Positions 51,491-61,231 of a stretch of 64,000 nt of DNA are shown one piece after another. The stretch comes from an uncultured delta proteobacterium (GTDB lineage: Bacteria > Myxococcota > Myxococcia > Myxococcales > Myxococcaceae), in the NCBI GenBank assembly GCA_963713045.1, contig CAVQKE010000004.1, positions 928,001 through 992,000 on the forward strand, written 5' to 3'. A program made the position numbers and the translations under genes. How positions within the stretch are numbered: the first letter of the stretch is position 1; every line of letters begins with the position of its first letter. Under the pieces are notes generated by a model. The model saw only the letters and a list, made by a program, of their open reading frames with translations, ran no database searches and had not been told where the DNA came from.

Positions 51491-53386
51491 TTACATCGCG
51501 TTCGCAAAGTCACGGAACAAATGCACCCATTGAAAAGGTGTCAGGCCGAATTCAATTCCGTTGCGCACAATTATCAGGTTTTTCTGGGGTGAAACGTAAA
51601 TGTATTGCCCTTTGTTGCCTTGGCCGTAAAAATCGCTCTTGCCGCCCGGACGTCTGTCTCCCCACCAGAAGTACTTATAGTAGTGCCCTTGAGAGATGAA
51701 AAAGGAATCCTCTCCATAATAGCTGGACGGTTTCTCTTCGGGTTGTGTGGCTTCCTCCACCCAGGCCGCGGTTACAACCTGGGTTCCCTCCCATCGCCCC
51801 TCATTCAGCATCAGACGGCCAAGTTTCGCGAAATCTATGGCCCGAGCATTGATGCCACTCTCCATTTTTTCAAAACCGTTCCGCGGACGGTCAGTGCTCC
51901 ACGAGCCGCCATATTCCATTCCTAGCTTGTCCCACAGCTGCTTCTGCAAGTATTCAGTAACTGATGCTCCTGAAACCCGCTCCAAAATCATGCCAATCAG
52001 AAGTGGGTGATAATTGTTATAGACCCACCGCTTTCCTGCAGGCTCCACGATAACGGTGTCATCGAGCGCGGCTTTTCGCAAATCCGGCTCGAGGTAAGTG
52101 ACTCGGCCATCGTAGTAGGGCCCGCTCTCCTCGTACCTGATCCCCGATGCCATGGAGAGCAAGTCCCTGATGGTAATAAGGCGGAAGCGCTCGTCTCGTT
52201 GTGCCAGCTCGGGAAGGTACTTCGTGATCGGGTCCGAAACGCTGCCGATCAGCCCTCCGTCGATAGCAATGCCGATCAACGTCGAGTCAAATGATTTTGC
52301 AACCGAGAAGGAAGTAGCGACGGAGTCCCTCCTGTAACCGTTAAAGTATCTCTCGTAGAGGATCGTGTCGTTCTGGATGACAATGAACGAGGTGGTCTCG
52401 GTCCTTCGCAGAAAGTGTTCGAGCGTCTCGACTCGCTTGCCGGGTAAGTATTCGAGGCGACTGAACAGCTCCGCCACCCTGCCATCTTGTAGCTTCCGGG
52501 AGAAATGGAACGGCTTCGCCGCCGGCTTAAGTTCGCGAGACTGAAACACCAAATAGTCGACGACGGACGCGTCGCCCCACTCCCGAATCCGGCCCTCATA
52601 AGTGTCGATGTCAGGCACGGCCTTCAGGCGAAGCTTGCGTCTTTTCATCTCGTGGATATCAATCAGGGGCCCATCGATAGGGACCTGGCTCCGCTCGATT
52701 CCGGAGAATCGGACCTTCTGGAATTGGCTAACTTGGGGTGCCTTGTCAGGAAGGATTTCAGGGAAGTCGACTTCCTCGGACGTACGGCTGATGAAGCGGG
52801 CCACCTTGAAGCCCATGACGACCTGCTCGCTCCACCTGAATGGCAGGCGTTTGAAGGGGATGGCCATTTCGGCGGTCCAGCCGCTTGAGGTCCGGACTGC
52901 TGCGCTAGACCACTTTGTGTCGAAGGCCGTGTTGGGATCGCCGTTTGCATCCAGCGTACCGTCGACTTGGACTCCACCGGGAGTAACCTTGAAGAAAAGT
53001 GCGCTCAACTCGTCATTTCGCGTGTCAAGGCAAAATGCGACCCAGTCGTCGCCTTCCGGATTATCTCGGTGCTGGGCCTGCGATTGGATTTTATCCGGTT
53101 CACTGTCAAAGGCGCGGAGTCCGACATAGAGACTGTTACCATCGTACGTAAGATAAATCTCCGTCGGTTCCGAAGGAGCTTTTCCCGTCACCGGGTGCAT
53201 GGTCTTTAAATCCCTGAAACTTGCGGCCCGTTGCCACGCCGGATCGTCCAGGGACCCGTCGATCCGAGGCGGATTCGCTGTTTTCGGTACCTGAACCTCT
53301 TGTGGTGCCACCACGAGAACTGCTTCGGGTGAAGTGGCACCCGCCGCAGACCCGAGCACGATGCAGATCGTCAAACGCGCCACCAC
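51491..53386 (-). CDS. Exported fusion of a CBM9/DOMON-like domain and a beta-lactamase-fold (class C-like) serine hydrolase
   Basis: N-terminal PRIDGSLDDPAW..YDGNSLYVG..GWTAEMAIPF; C-terminal SFSVAKS (SxxK), LLSMASG, YNN, LWDKLGME, DFAKLGRL, GNKGQ. Confidence 0.85.
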   Translation of the reverse strand: MVARLTICIVLGSAAGATSPEAVLVVAPQEVQVPKTANPPRIDGSLDDPAWQRAASFRDLKTMHPVTGKAPSEPTEIYLTYDGNSLYVGLRAFDSEPDKIQSQAQHRDNPEGDDWVAFCLDTRNDELSALFFKVTPGGVQVDGTLDANGDPNTAFDTKWSSAAVRTSSGWTAEMAIPFKRLPFRWSEQVVMGFKVARFISRTSEEVDFPEILPDKAPQVSQFQKVRFSGIERSQVPIDGPLIDIHEMKRRKLRLKAVPDIDTYEGRIREWGDASVVDYLVFQSRELKPAAKPFHFSRKLQDGRVAELFSRLEYLPGKRVETLEHFLRRTETTSFIVIQNDTILYERYFNGYRRDSVATSFSVAKSFDSTLIGIAIDGGLIGSVSDPITKYLPELAQRDERFRLITIRDLLSMASGIRYEESGPYYDGRVTYLEPDLRKAALDDTVIVEPAGKRWVYNNYHPLLIGMILERVSGASVTEYLQKQLWDKLGMEYGGSWSTDRPRNGFEKMESGINARAIDFAKLGRLMLNEGRWEGTQVVTAAWVEEATQPEEKPSSYYGEDSFFISQGHYYKYFWWGDRRPGGKSDFYGQGNKGQYIYVSPQKNLIIVRNGIEFGLTPFQWVHLFRDFANAM

Positions 53387-53577
53387 CGTCGTCAGCGCCT
53401 CCTGACCGGAACGGAACTTAGGTCACACGCCCTTCGCCGAACCAAACTAATGTGGCCGCTTCGGGTGCGGAGAGGCGACCTCTCGCTGGCGCGAGGGCCG
53501 CGCCGGTTGAGCGAATCACGCCGGACGATGCGACCCGGTGTCATGAATCCTCCGCCGGCTCGGGCCTTAGGCCAGCC

Positions 53578-55233
53578 TTAGGCCTCGCGCACCGGAAGCA
53601 GCGTGGACAGTTCTGCCGGCAGCTCTCCCCGGGCGAGCGCCGGGCCGGCCTCGGCCAGCAGCCGCTGCAGGGCCCCGTCCACCAGACGCGCCGCCTCCTC
53701 GCCCGTGCCTGGAGCCAGCGCCTGCAGCTGAGAGACGAGGGCATCCCGCGTCTGCTTCTTCAACCGGGGTGCCTCCGTCCCACCTTCCAGCAGCGCCGCT
53801 GCCAGGGGCCCAAGCTGTGCCCGCAGCACGGGAGCCACCCGCAGCCTCCCTTCCAGCGCGGCGTGAGCCAGCGCAGACAACAGCACCGCCGGCGTGCCCC
53901 CCACCGGCCAGTCCTCGCCCAGCGAGGAGAGTGCCGCACGAGCCCCCTCTTCGGTCCCGCCAAGAAGCGCCGACAGCAGCCTCTCTTGGTGCTCCGCCCT
54001 TTCCAGCAGCGCCTCCGCCTCCTGCACCTCGCGCAGGCGGCGGAAGGGCACCGGCTCAGCGCCCTCCACGCGCAGCGCGCGGAGGGGCCGGGCGCGCCGC
54101 AGCGCCACCACGGCGGCGGCGACGTCGGGCCAGAGGAGATATTCGCCGTCCAGGCGCGCCAGCGGCCGCCGCGCAAGTCGGTCGGCGCGGTGCTTGAGGC
54201 GCAGGCCCAAGGTGAAGCCAACTTGGAAAATGTGGCGAGAGGTCTCGGCCCGCACCACCTCCACCGCCCGAGCGACGCTGCCGCCCGACAGGTAGTCGAG
54301 GCCAAGCTCGAGGGTGTCCCGCGCGCGCTCGCTGGCGTTGCGAATGGCTTCCGGGTCGCCTGGGTCCGCCCGTCCGTCCACCAGCACCGCATTCACCACC
54401 GTCCGGAGTTCGTCCTCCAAGTTGTCCCGCTCATCCGCGGTGAGGGCTTCCAGGGCTGGCGCCAACAGCGGCGGCCGCTCCCGGCTGTGCACCAGCGCCG
54501 AGAGGCTGTCGTCGGTGGACGGCAAGGCCGGCGGCAGGGGCACCCGGGCGAAAAGGGAGCGCGCCGTCTCCGGGTCCGGGAATCCCAAGTCCGTGAGGCG
54601 GGCATTTCTAAAGCCATAGGCCACCTCCTCCAACTCGCTGGGGAGGGCCCAGCGCGCGGACTCGAGGAGCCGACTCAGGCCGAGTCCGTCCTTGTCGATG
54701 AAGTCCATGAGCAGCGCGCGCAGGGCGGTTTGGTCGACCGACTGCTCGGCCCGAAACTCCACCCGGTACCGGCCGTCCGCCGAATCCAGCGTCAGCCCCT
54801 CGACGTGCAGGTCTGGCTCCTCCTCCAAGTCGTGGATGACGGTGTGCTGGCGAAGAAGCAACTCGATGAGTTCCAAGTCGAGGCCGGCCACTTGGGCGTG
54901 AAAGGCCGCCGCGTCGTCGCCGCGGGCGGCGCGAATCCAGGCCAGTAGGGCATGACTGTCGAGCCGGTCACGCTGCCAGGCGCCCAAGTCGACGAAGGCC
55001 TGAAACTGCCTCGGGGACGACAGTTGGACGACGTCGGTGGAGTCGGCCAGTCCCACCGAGCGAATGTCCAGGTACAGCGCTTCTGCGGGAAGGCGGCGCA
55101 CCAGGGCGGCGGCGTCCGGCTGGTCAGTCAGCGCCCCGAGGCGCGCCTTGGGCTCAAGCCGTTGGAGTTGGCGCACCAGCTGCGCCCGTGCGGCCTTGCG
55201 GTCCTGGCCATTGCCTGCCCGGTGCTTCGCCAT
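53578..55233 (-). CDS. DUF6178-like myxobacterial hypothetical protein
   Basis: GLADSTDVVQL..FVDLGAW..ELEE..FRNARLTDLGFP..IFQVG pattern. Confidence 0.7.
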   Translation of the reverse strand: MAKHRAGNGQDRKAARAQLVRQLQRLEPKARLGALTDQPDAAALVRRLPAEALYLDIRSVGLADSTDVVQLSSPRQFQAFVDLGAWQRDRLDSHALLAWIRAARGDDAAAFHAQVAGLDLELIELLLRQHTVIHDLEEEPDLHVEGLTLDSADGRYRVEFRAEQSVDQTALRALLMDFIDKDGLGLSRLLESARWALPSELEEVAYGFRNARLTDLGFPDPETARSLFARVPLPPALPSTDDSLSALVHSRERPPLLAPALEALTADERDNLEDELRTVVNAVLVDGRADPGDPEAIRNASERARDTLELGLDYLSGGSVARAVEVVRAETSRHIFQVGFTLGLRLKHRADRLARRPLARLDGEYLLWPDVAAAVVALRRARPLRALRVEGAEPVPFRRLREVQEAEALLERAEHQERLLSALLGGTEEGARAALSSLGEDWPVGGTPAVLLSALAHAALEGRLRVAPVLRAQLGPLAAALLEGGTEAPRLKKQTRDALVSQLQALAPGTGEEAARLVDGALQRLLAEAGPALARGELPAELSTLLPVREA

Positions 55234-55307
55234 GGCCCCTCAGGCTCCTGACTAGCACGTCGGGGTTACCGACGCGCTACGCGGAGGCTGGCGTTGGGGT
55301 GCAACCG

Positions 55308-57323
55308 TCAGTTGATGGGCGTGTTGCAGCTGCTGCTGATGGAGAAGCTGTCGAGGTAGGGCTGACTCGTCTGGTCGCTGGAAACGAGGACGAATTGCAG
55401 CTGCAGGTACTTGAATTGCGGGACCGGGCCAGGCGCGGCCTGCAGGTTGGAGACGGTGGTGACGGTGTAGCCGTTGGCCCCACTGGCCGGCGCCGAGGGC
55501 CAAGGGCCGTACTGTTGCGACAGGGTGAAGTCGAAATTGTTCGAGCCGCGCACATACAGCACGACGCTGGTGTTGGGCGGCGTGGTGGTGACCCAAGTGA
55601 CGGTGTTCCACTGGGCGAAGCGCGAGCAGCCGGCCACCGTCTGGTAGAAGCTGCCCTGGTTGGTGGTGATGTGGCGCAGCTGGTACCCGGTGAAGTCGGA
55701 GTAGCTGTAAAGCGCGCCAACCTGGGGGGGACTCTTGGTGACGGCCCCCGTGTTCCGGTCCACCTTCATCACGTTGCCGCTGGAGTTGTTCACCCAGAGG
55801 TTCCCGTCCTGGTCGAGGCCAACGCCGATGCTGGTCTTGCTGTTGACGTCGGTGGCGTCGATGACGGGGGTGGGGCCGGTGGGGGTGTTGAATTGGTAGG
55901 GAGAGCCGCCATCGAGGCCGTCAATGCCGAACACCATCGCCGCCGAGCCGCTGCTGGTGCCAAATTTGCTGTCTGAGGTGAACCAAACCTTGCCGTCCAC
56001 GTCGGTGGCCACGCCGCGCGGCCGCGCCGGGCCGGTTCCGCTTTGACTGGTGAGGCCACCGAAGCTGTACTGGGTCCACGTTCCGGTGGTGGGAGCCCCG
56101 GCATCGGGTGCGAAGGAGGTTGCGAACGGGCCGCTGCCCCAGCTCGGTATCCACACGCGGTTGAGCCCGTCGACGGCAACGCCATAGCCGCCGGTCACCA
56201 GGCCACCGGGGGGCGCAATTCGCGGCAGCCCGAGGCTGGTGTTTCCCGCCAGCAGGGCGAAGGAGTTGGCGTCGATGAGGACCAAGTTGTTGCGGGTTCG
56301 GTCGACCACCCACAGCCGGTTGAGGGCGTCGACCGCCGCACCGTAGGGCTCGATGTCAGGAACGGCGATGGAGAGGCCGCCGTCGGCTTCGACAAACTGG
56401 GGCACGCCATTCAGCGGGTTGAGTCGCCACACCTTCCGGTCAATCCAGGTTCCCACCCAGACGTCGCCCGGAGCGCCTTCATAGCCGCGGGCAATGGCGA
56501 TGGACCCCTCACCGAAGGCGCCATTGGGGTTGATGGCGCCAAGTTCCTGGGTGAAGAGCACGCACTCGTCGTATTGGAGGACATTGGTGGGGTCGACCGG
56601 CACGTAGTATTCCCCGGGCCCGATGACGCCGTAGGTACCGCTGTCCGGGTTGTCGTAGCTGGTATCGATGACGCCGTTGCCGTTGCGGTCGACACAGTCG
56701 TAAGTGTTTCCCGCAATCTTCGTCGCCGAGAAGTATTGGTTGGCGTTGGCTGCGAAGTTCGCCACCCAGAAGTCGCTGTTGATGTCGATGGCGGTGCGGC
56801 TGGGGTTGTAGACCTGCGCCGAGCTGGAGTGGTTGGGGTTGCCCAAGCCATCGATGGGAATGACGCTGATGTAGCGGGCCAACTCAATAATCCCGCCGTC
56901 GGGGAGCGAATTCTTGGTGTCGAACTTGGACACCGTCCCCCGCGTCCAGTTGGCAATCAGTGCAAAGTTGAGCTGGATGTCGGTGCTGCTCAGCGTGACT
57001 TGACCATTCGGATTCACCGTGACGCCGTTGCCGTAGCTTCCGGTCTGACCGCCGTCGAGGCTAAAGCCCATGCCACCGTCCCCGCCGTCGGGGTTGCCGA
57101 AGGTGATGAGCACCACCCCTCCGTCGCTGCTCGGCGGCGGGCAGTAGTAGTAGGCGCAGGGGTCCGTACCCGAGTCTGGAGGACCCGCGTCGCCCGCATC
57201 CGGCGGCGTTCCGCCGCCGTCGGTGAGCGGCGAGACGTTGCCGTTGCAGGTGCACCCCGCAACTGCACCGAAAACCAGAAGCAGGACAGGAATTGCCCCG
57301 CGCATCATCTGCCTCTCCACCAT
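55308..57323 (-). CDS. Large exported Cys-containing lipoprotein with a beta-propeller (Vgb/NHL-like) region
   Basis: Lipobox VAGC; PSRTAID, CVDRNGNGVIDT, PYGAAVD..LW, YGVAVD..VW, GVATD..VW, YSYSDFTG. Confidence 0.78.
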   Translation of the reverse strand: MVERQMMRGAIPVLLLVFGAVAGCTCNGNVSPLTDGGGTPPDAGDAGPPDSGTDPCAYYYCPPPSSDGGVVLITFGNPDGGDGGMGFSLDGGQTGSYGNGVTVNPNGQVTLSSTDIQLNFALIANWTRGTVSKFDTKNSLPDGGIIELARYISVIPIDGLGNPNHSSSAQVYNPSRTAIDINSDFWVANFAANANQYFSATKIAGNTYDCVDRNGNGVIDTSYDNPDSGTYGVIGPGEYYVPVDPTNVLQYDECVLFTQELGAINPNGAFGEGSIAIARGYEGAPGDVWVGTWIDRKVWRLNPLNGVPQFVEADGGLSIAVPDIEPYGAAVDALNRLWVVDRTRNNLVLIDANSFALLAGNTSLGLPRIAPPGGLVTGGYGVAVDGLNRVWIPSWGSGPFATSFAPDAGAPTTGTWTQYSFGGLTSQSGTGPARPRGVATDVDGKVWFTSDSKFGTSSGSAAMVFGIDGLDGGSPYQFNTPTGPTPVIDATDVNSKTSIGVGLDQDGNLWVNNSSGNVMKVDRNTGAVTKSPPQVGALYSYSDFTGYQLRHITTNQGSFYQTVAGCSRFAQWNTVTWVTTTPPNTSVVLYVRGSNNFDFTLSQQYGPWPSAPASGANGYTVTTVSNLQAAPGPVPQFKYLQLQFVLVSSDQTSQPYLDSFSISSSCNTPIN

Positions 57324-57977
57324 CTAGGAATCATCGGTGCAGGTGCCGGTTGGGTCAACAGAGGTGTCGCGCGCACCCGTGAGCTCCCACACTGCCTCCA
57401 ACACTTCAGTGACTCCCAGTTTTTCCGTTGCCGAGAAACCGAGCACCCGGTCGACGTCCACCTGCAGCAGCTGAGCGATGGACTGCAGTCGGGGGCGCCG
57501 TTGCGCCTTCGCCACGCGGTCAAGTTTGGTGGCCACCACCAACGTCGGCCGCCCTGCCGCTTGTAGGTAGCCAAGGGTGCGCACATCGTCCGGGGTGGGT
57601 CCGACCTCCGCATCCACCAGGGCCACCACGCCCCGCAGCTGCGCCCGGCCCTCGAGGTAGGTGCTGACCATTTTTTCCCAGGTGGCTCGCTGCGCCTTCT
57701 GCACCTTGGCGAAGCCATACCCCGGCAAGTCCGCAAAGCGCACCGCGCGTCGCGTGTCACCTCGGACCAGCTCAACATCGAAGAAGTTGAGGGTCCGGGT
57801 GCGGCCCGGGGTGTTGGAGACACGGACCAGCTTCCGCCGGGCCGCCAGGGCATTCACCATCGAGGACTTACCGACGTTGCTGCGTCCGACGAAGGCAATT
57901 TCCGGCGTCCCACCGGACGGGTAGCCCTCCGGGCCGACGGCGGTGGTGACAAAACACGCCTCAACCGCCCGTATCAC
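57324..57977 (-). CDS. engB: Ribosome biogenesis GTPase EngB/YihA
   Basis: GRSNVGKSS, TPGRT, DLPGYG, TKLD, FSA. Confidence 0.95.
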   Translation of the reverse strand: MIRAVEACFVTTAVGPEGYPSGGTPEIAFVGRSNVGKSSMVNALAARRKLVRVSNTPGRTRTLNFFDVELVRGDTRRAVRFADLPGYGFAKVQKAQRATWEKMVSTYLEGRAQLRGVVALVDAEVGPTPDDVRTLGYLQAAGRPTLVVATKLDRVAKAQRRPRLQSIAQLLQVDVDRVLGFSATEKLGVTEVLEAVWELTGARDTSVDPTGTCTDDS

Positions 57978-58462
57978 GGCCGCGCCGGTAGGCCCGACGT
58001 GGTGTGGCGGGCGCGCGATGCGCTCCAATGGTCCATCGCCTTCAGCTTGCTCGGGAAGTCAAAGGGCAACAGCGAGGGCGAGCTTGGGTCATGGCAGCTG
58101 CGGCAGGAGCGCTCGCCCGGGTCCAACAAGCCGACCAGCCGCGCCAGCTCCGAGTCCTTCATGACGTAGGACGGGGCGTAATATTGGCCCGCGCCGTGGC
58201 ATGTCTCGCAGCTGACGCCGCCCACGCTTTGCTCGCTGACGTTGGGCGCATGGCAGGCGGTGCAGCGTGGGTCTCGCTGTTGCTCGCGCGTCAGCGACTC
58301 CGTGCTGCGGGCATGCTTGGACGTGCTCCACGCGGCGTAGGCGTCCGGGTGACAGGCCTTACAACTCTCCGGGCCCAGAAATTCAGCCCCCAGGGCCACC
58401 GCGGAACAAAGCGCGGCCCCGCCCACCGCAGCCATCCAGACGCGTCGAAGCGGGCCTCGCAT
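57974..58462 (-). CDS. Exported tetraheme c-type cytochrome (c554-like)
   Basis: Four CxxCH motifs (CKACH, CTACH, CETCH, CRSCH) after a signal peptide. Confidence 0.88.
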   Translation of the reverse strand: MRGPLRRVWMAAVGGAALCSAVALGAEFLGPESCKACHPDAYAAWSTSKHARSTESLTREQQRDPRCTACHAPNVSEQSVGGVSCETCHGAGQYYAPSYVMKDSELARLVGLLDPGERSCRSCHDPSSPSLLPFDFPSKLKAMDHWSASRARHTTSGLPARP

Positions 58463-58568
58463 GCTTGTCAGGGGGCGTACCAGACGCTCGCGCGCACCGG
58501 CAACCCCCGTGTGGGCGGACGCGGCAGCTTGAGGCACCTGGCCTCGGGTCGACTAGACTGCCTGGGAA

Positions 58569-59054
58569 TTGTCCGCGCGCGCCTCCTTCGTCGTCCTCCT
58601 CACCCTCTTACTGCCAGCACTGGCCGAGGCCCGCGCCTGGAATGGGGTGGAGCCTGGGGTCACCTCAAAGGACGAGGTGGTGAAGCGCTTCGGGCCCCCT
58701 TCCAAGACCCTCAACGTCGATGGGCACCAGGTGCTGGCCTACAACGGGACGTCAGCCATCAAAGGCACGGCGGAGGCGCAATTCCGCGTCGACCCGGCCA
58801 CCGGGCTGGTCGAGCGCATCGACGTCTTCCCCGGGCCGGTGGTGGACCGGGAGACGGTGGAAAGCAGCTATGGGCCGCCCTGCCCGGTCAGCGGAGCGCC
58901 CCCGTCAGGTAACTGCTTTCAGAAGAAGCTGACCGAGGACTTTCGTACCTACTACTTCTACCCACGCCTCGGGCTGGCGGTATTCTTCGAGGAGGAGGGG
59001 GATAAGGTGAAGTCCTTCGTCTTCCAGTCCGTAAAGTCCACCCGCACCCCTTGA
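58569..59054 (+). CDS. Hypothetical exported protein
   Basis: Signal peptide ..LAEARA; WNGVEPGVTSKDEVVKRFGPP; coupled to coaE. Confidence 0.75.
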   Translation: MSARASFVVLLTLLLPALAEARAWNGVEPGVTSKDEVVKRFGPPSKTLNVDGHQVLAYNGTSAIKGTAEAQFRVDPATGLVERIDVFPGPVVDRETVESSYGPPCPVSGAPPSGNCFQKKLTEDFRTYYFYPRLGLAVFFEEEGDKVKSFVFQSVKSTRTP

Positions 59055-59671
59055 CGCTGCTCGGGAGGCGCGCCGTGCGCCTGGTTGGCCTCACCGGTGG
59101 CATTGCCTCGGGGAAGAGCACCGTCAGCGAGATGTTCCGCAGTCTGGGGGCAACCCTCATCGACGCCGACCTCTTGGCGCGCGACCTGGTGCGCCCCGGC
59201 CAGCCAGCGCTGGAGGAAGTGGCGCGGAGATTCCCCGGCACCGTCAACCCCGCCGGCGAGCTCGACCGCGCGGCGCTGGCGGCGCTGATTTTCTCGGACC
59301 CGGCGGAGCGGGCCGCCCTCAACGCCATCCTCCATCCCCGCATTCAAGAGGAGGTCCAGCGGCGCACGAAGCGCCTGGAGCAAGCTGGGGTGAGGACCGT
59401 CCTCTACGACGCCGCGCTGCTCATCGAAAATGGACTCCACCACCAGATGGACGGCGTCGTCTTGGTTTGGGTCCCGAAGGACGTCCAGCTGGCCCGGTTG
59501 ATGGCACGCGACGGCCTGAGTGCGGCGGAGGCAGAGCGCCGCATCCGCGCCCAGGCTCCCCTTGAGGAGAAGCGGGCCGTGGCCACCTGGATGGTGGACA
59601 ACACCGGCAGCCCTGAAAGCGCGCGGCAGCAGGTGATTGCGATTTGGAGGGCGCTCGGGGGCGGAGGTTAG
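59051..59671 (+). CDS. coaE: Dephospho-CoA kinase
   Basis: VGLTGGIASGKSTV, IDAD, LNAILHPRI, LLIE. Confidence 0.95.
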   Translation: MTLLGRRAVRLVGLTGGIASGKSTVSEMFRSLGATLIDADLLARDLVRPGQPALEEVARRFPGTVNPAGELDRAALAALIFSDPAERAALNAILHPRIQEEVQRRTKRLEQAGVRTVLYDAALLIENGLHHQMDGVVLVWVPKDVQLARLMARDGLSAAEAERRIRAQAPLEEKRAVATWMVDNTGSPESARQQVIAIWRALGGGG

Positions 59672-59684
59672 ACTGGAGTGCCCG

Positions 59685-60803
59685 ATGCCAGAGACTCGAG
59701 AACCCGGCACCTACCTCGTCACTGGCTACCCAGGCTTCATCGGGAAGCGGCTGGTGGAGCACATCGCCCGGAATGATGCCAAAGGACACCTCTTCCTGTT
59801 GGCGCAGCCGAAATTCCTGGAAGAGGCGCGAAGTCGCGCCAAGCGGCTGAAGGGCGCCTCGGCCGAGGTGCTATCCGGCGATGTCACCGACTTGCACCTC
59901 GGCCTGAGCGGCGAGGAAGTGGCGCGGGTCACTGAAAGGGTGACGGATGTGTTCCACCTGGCCGCGGCCAGACATTTCACCGTCTCTCGCGACACCGCCA
60001 CCCGGGTCAACGTGGATGGAACGCGAAACGTCCTGGAGCTGGCGCGGGAATGCACCCGTCTGCGGCGCTTCAACCACTTCTCCACCTGCCACGTGGCCGG
60101 TGACCGGGTGGGAATCATCGCCGAGGACGAGCTCGACCGCGGCCAGTCGTTTCGCAATTCCTATGAGGAAACCAAGTTTCAGGGCGAGCAGCTGGTGGCG
60201 CGGGCGGCGTCCACCCTGCCAGTCACCATCTTCCGGCCATCGACAGTCATCGGCGACTCCACCACCGGCGAAGTGGACCGTTTCGAGGGGCCCTACGCCT
60301 TGGCCATTCTCCTGGTGATGAGTCCCTTGGTGGTGCCGCTTCCCCTCCCCGGAGGCGGGGCCGCTCCCCTCAACGTGGTCCCGGTGGACTTCGTGGTGCA
60401 GGCCGCCTGGACCATCTCCCGGGACCCACGCGGCGTGGGAGGCACTTTCCACCTCGTCGACCCAAGCCCGATGAGCACTGCCCGCGTCTATGAAATTATC
60501 GCCGAGCGCTCCCAGAAGCGGGTGCCCCGCTTCAACTTCCCGGCGCTGGCAGCCGACGTCTTTTTGCGCCTGCCCTTTCTGGACAAGCTGGCTCGCCCCC
60601 AACGCGCCGCCCTCAGCTATGTCAGCCAAATGGCCTTCTTCACCAGCCACGCCACCCAGGAACTGCTGGAAGCGACCGGCGTGCGCTGTCCCCCGCTGAC
60701 CAGCTACCTTGACCGGCTGATGGCCTATGTCCGCGACGTCTACCAGCGACGCGCAGAGGCTCGCGACGAAGTGGAAGACCCGCTGGATGAGGCACGAAAT
60801 TAA
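59685..60803 (+). CDS. Extended SDR oxidoreductase (fatty-acyl-reductase/thioester-reductase-like)
   Basis: VTGYPGFIG, FHLAA, VNVDGT, YEETK (YxxxK), RPS..GDS, VPVDFV. Confidence 0.85.
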   Translation: MPETREPGTYLVTGYPGFIGKRLVEHIARNDAKGHLFLLAQPKFLEEARSRAKRLKGASAEVLSGDVTDLHLGLSGEEVARVTERVTDVFHLAAARHFTVSRDTATRVNVDGTRNVLELARECTRLRRFNHFSTCHVAGDRVGIIAEDELDRGQSFRNSYEETKFQGEQLVARAASTLPVTIFRPSTVIGDSTTGEVDRFEGPYALAILLVMSPLVVPLPLPGGGAAPLNVVPVDFVVQAAWTISRDPRGVGGTFHLVDPSPMSTARVYEIIAERSQKRVPRFNFPALAADVFLRLPFLDKLARPQRAALSYVSQMAFFTSHATQELLEATGVRCPPLTSYLDRLMAYVRDVYQRRAEARDEVEDPLDEARN

Positions 60804-60823
60804 GCTCTAGGAGAGGACCGCTG

Positions 60824-61231
60824 ATGCCGAGCTACACGGTGGGAGAGACGTTTGAGCTGGTGCGGGACGTCGACCGCTACCGGCCCATCTACTACGCCGG
60901 CGCCTCTGGCGACTTTAACCCGATTCACATTGACGCCGAGGTTGGCCGGTTGGCGGGGCTGGGCGGCAACATTCTGCAGGGCATGTGCACGCTGGCTTGG
61001 GCAGTGGACTGCTTCGCGCGCTACCTGGGTGACCCGGGCGCCGTCACCCGGGTGCACGCCCGCTTCAGCCGCCCGGTGGCGCTGGAGGACACCCTCACCT
61101 TTCGCGGGGTGGTGACGGCGGTCAACGCCGAGCAGGTGCAGGCCTCGTTGCGCGCGGAAAACCAGCGGGGGGAAGAAGTGCTGAAAGACGTCACGGTGGA
61201 GGGCCGGTCGCGCACCCGAGGAGCGCGCTGA
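60824..61231 (+). CDS. MaoC-family dehydratase (HadB-like)
   Basis: Hydratase-2 motif YAGASGDFNPIH. Confidence 0.88.
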   Translation: MPSYTVGETFELVRDVDRYRPIYYAGASGDFNPIHIDAEVGRLAGLGGNILQGMCTLAWAVDCFARYLGDPGAVTRVHARFSRPVALEDTLTFRGVVTAVNAEQVQASLRAENQRGEEVLKDVTVEGRSRTRGAR

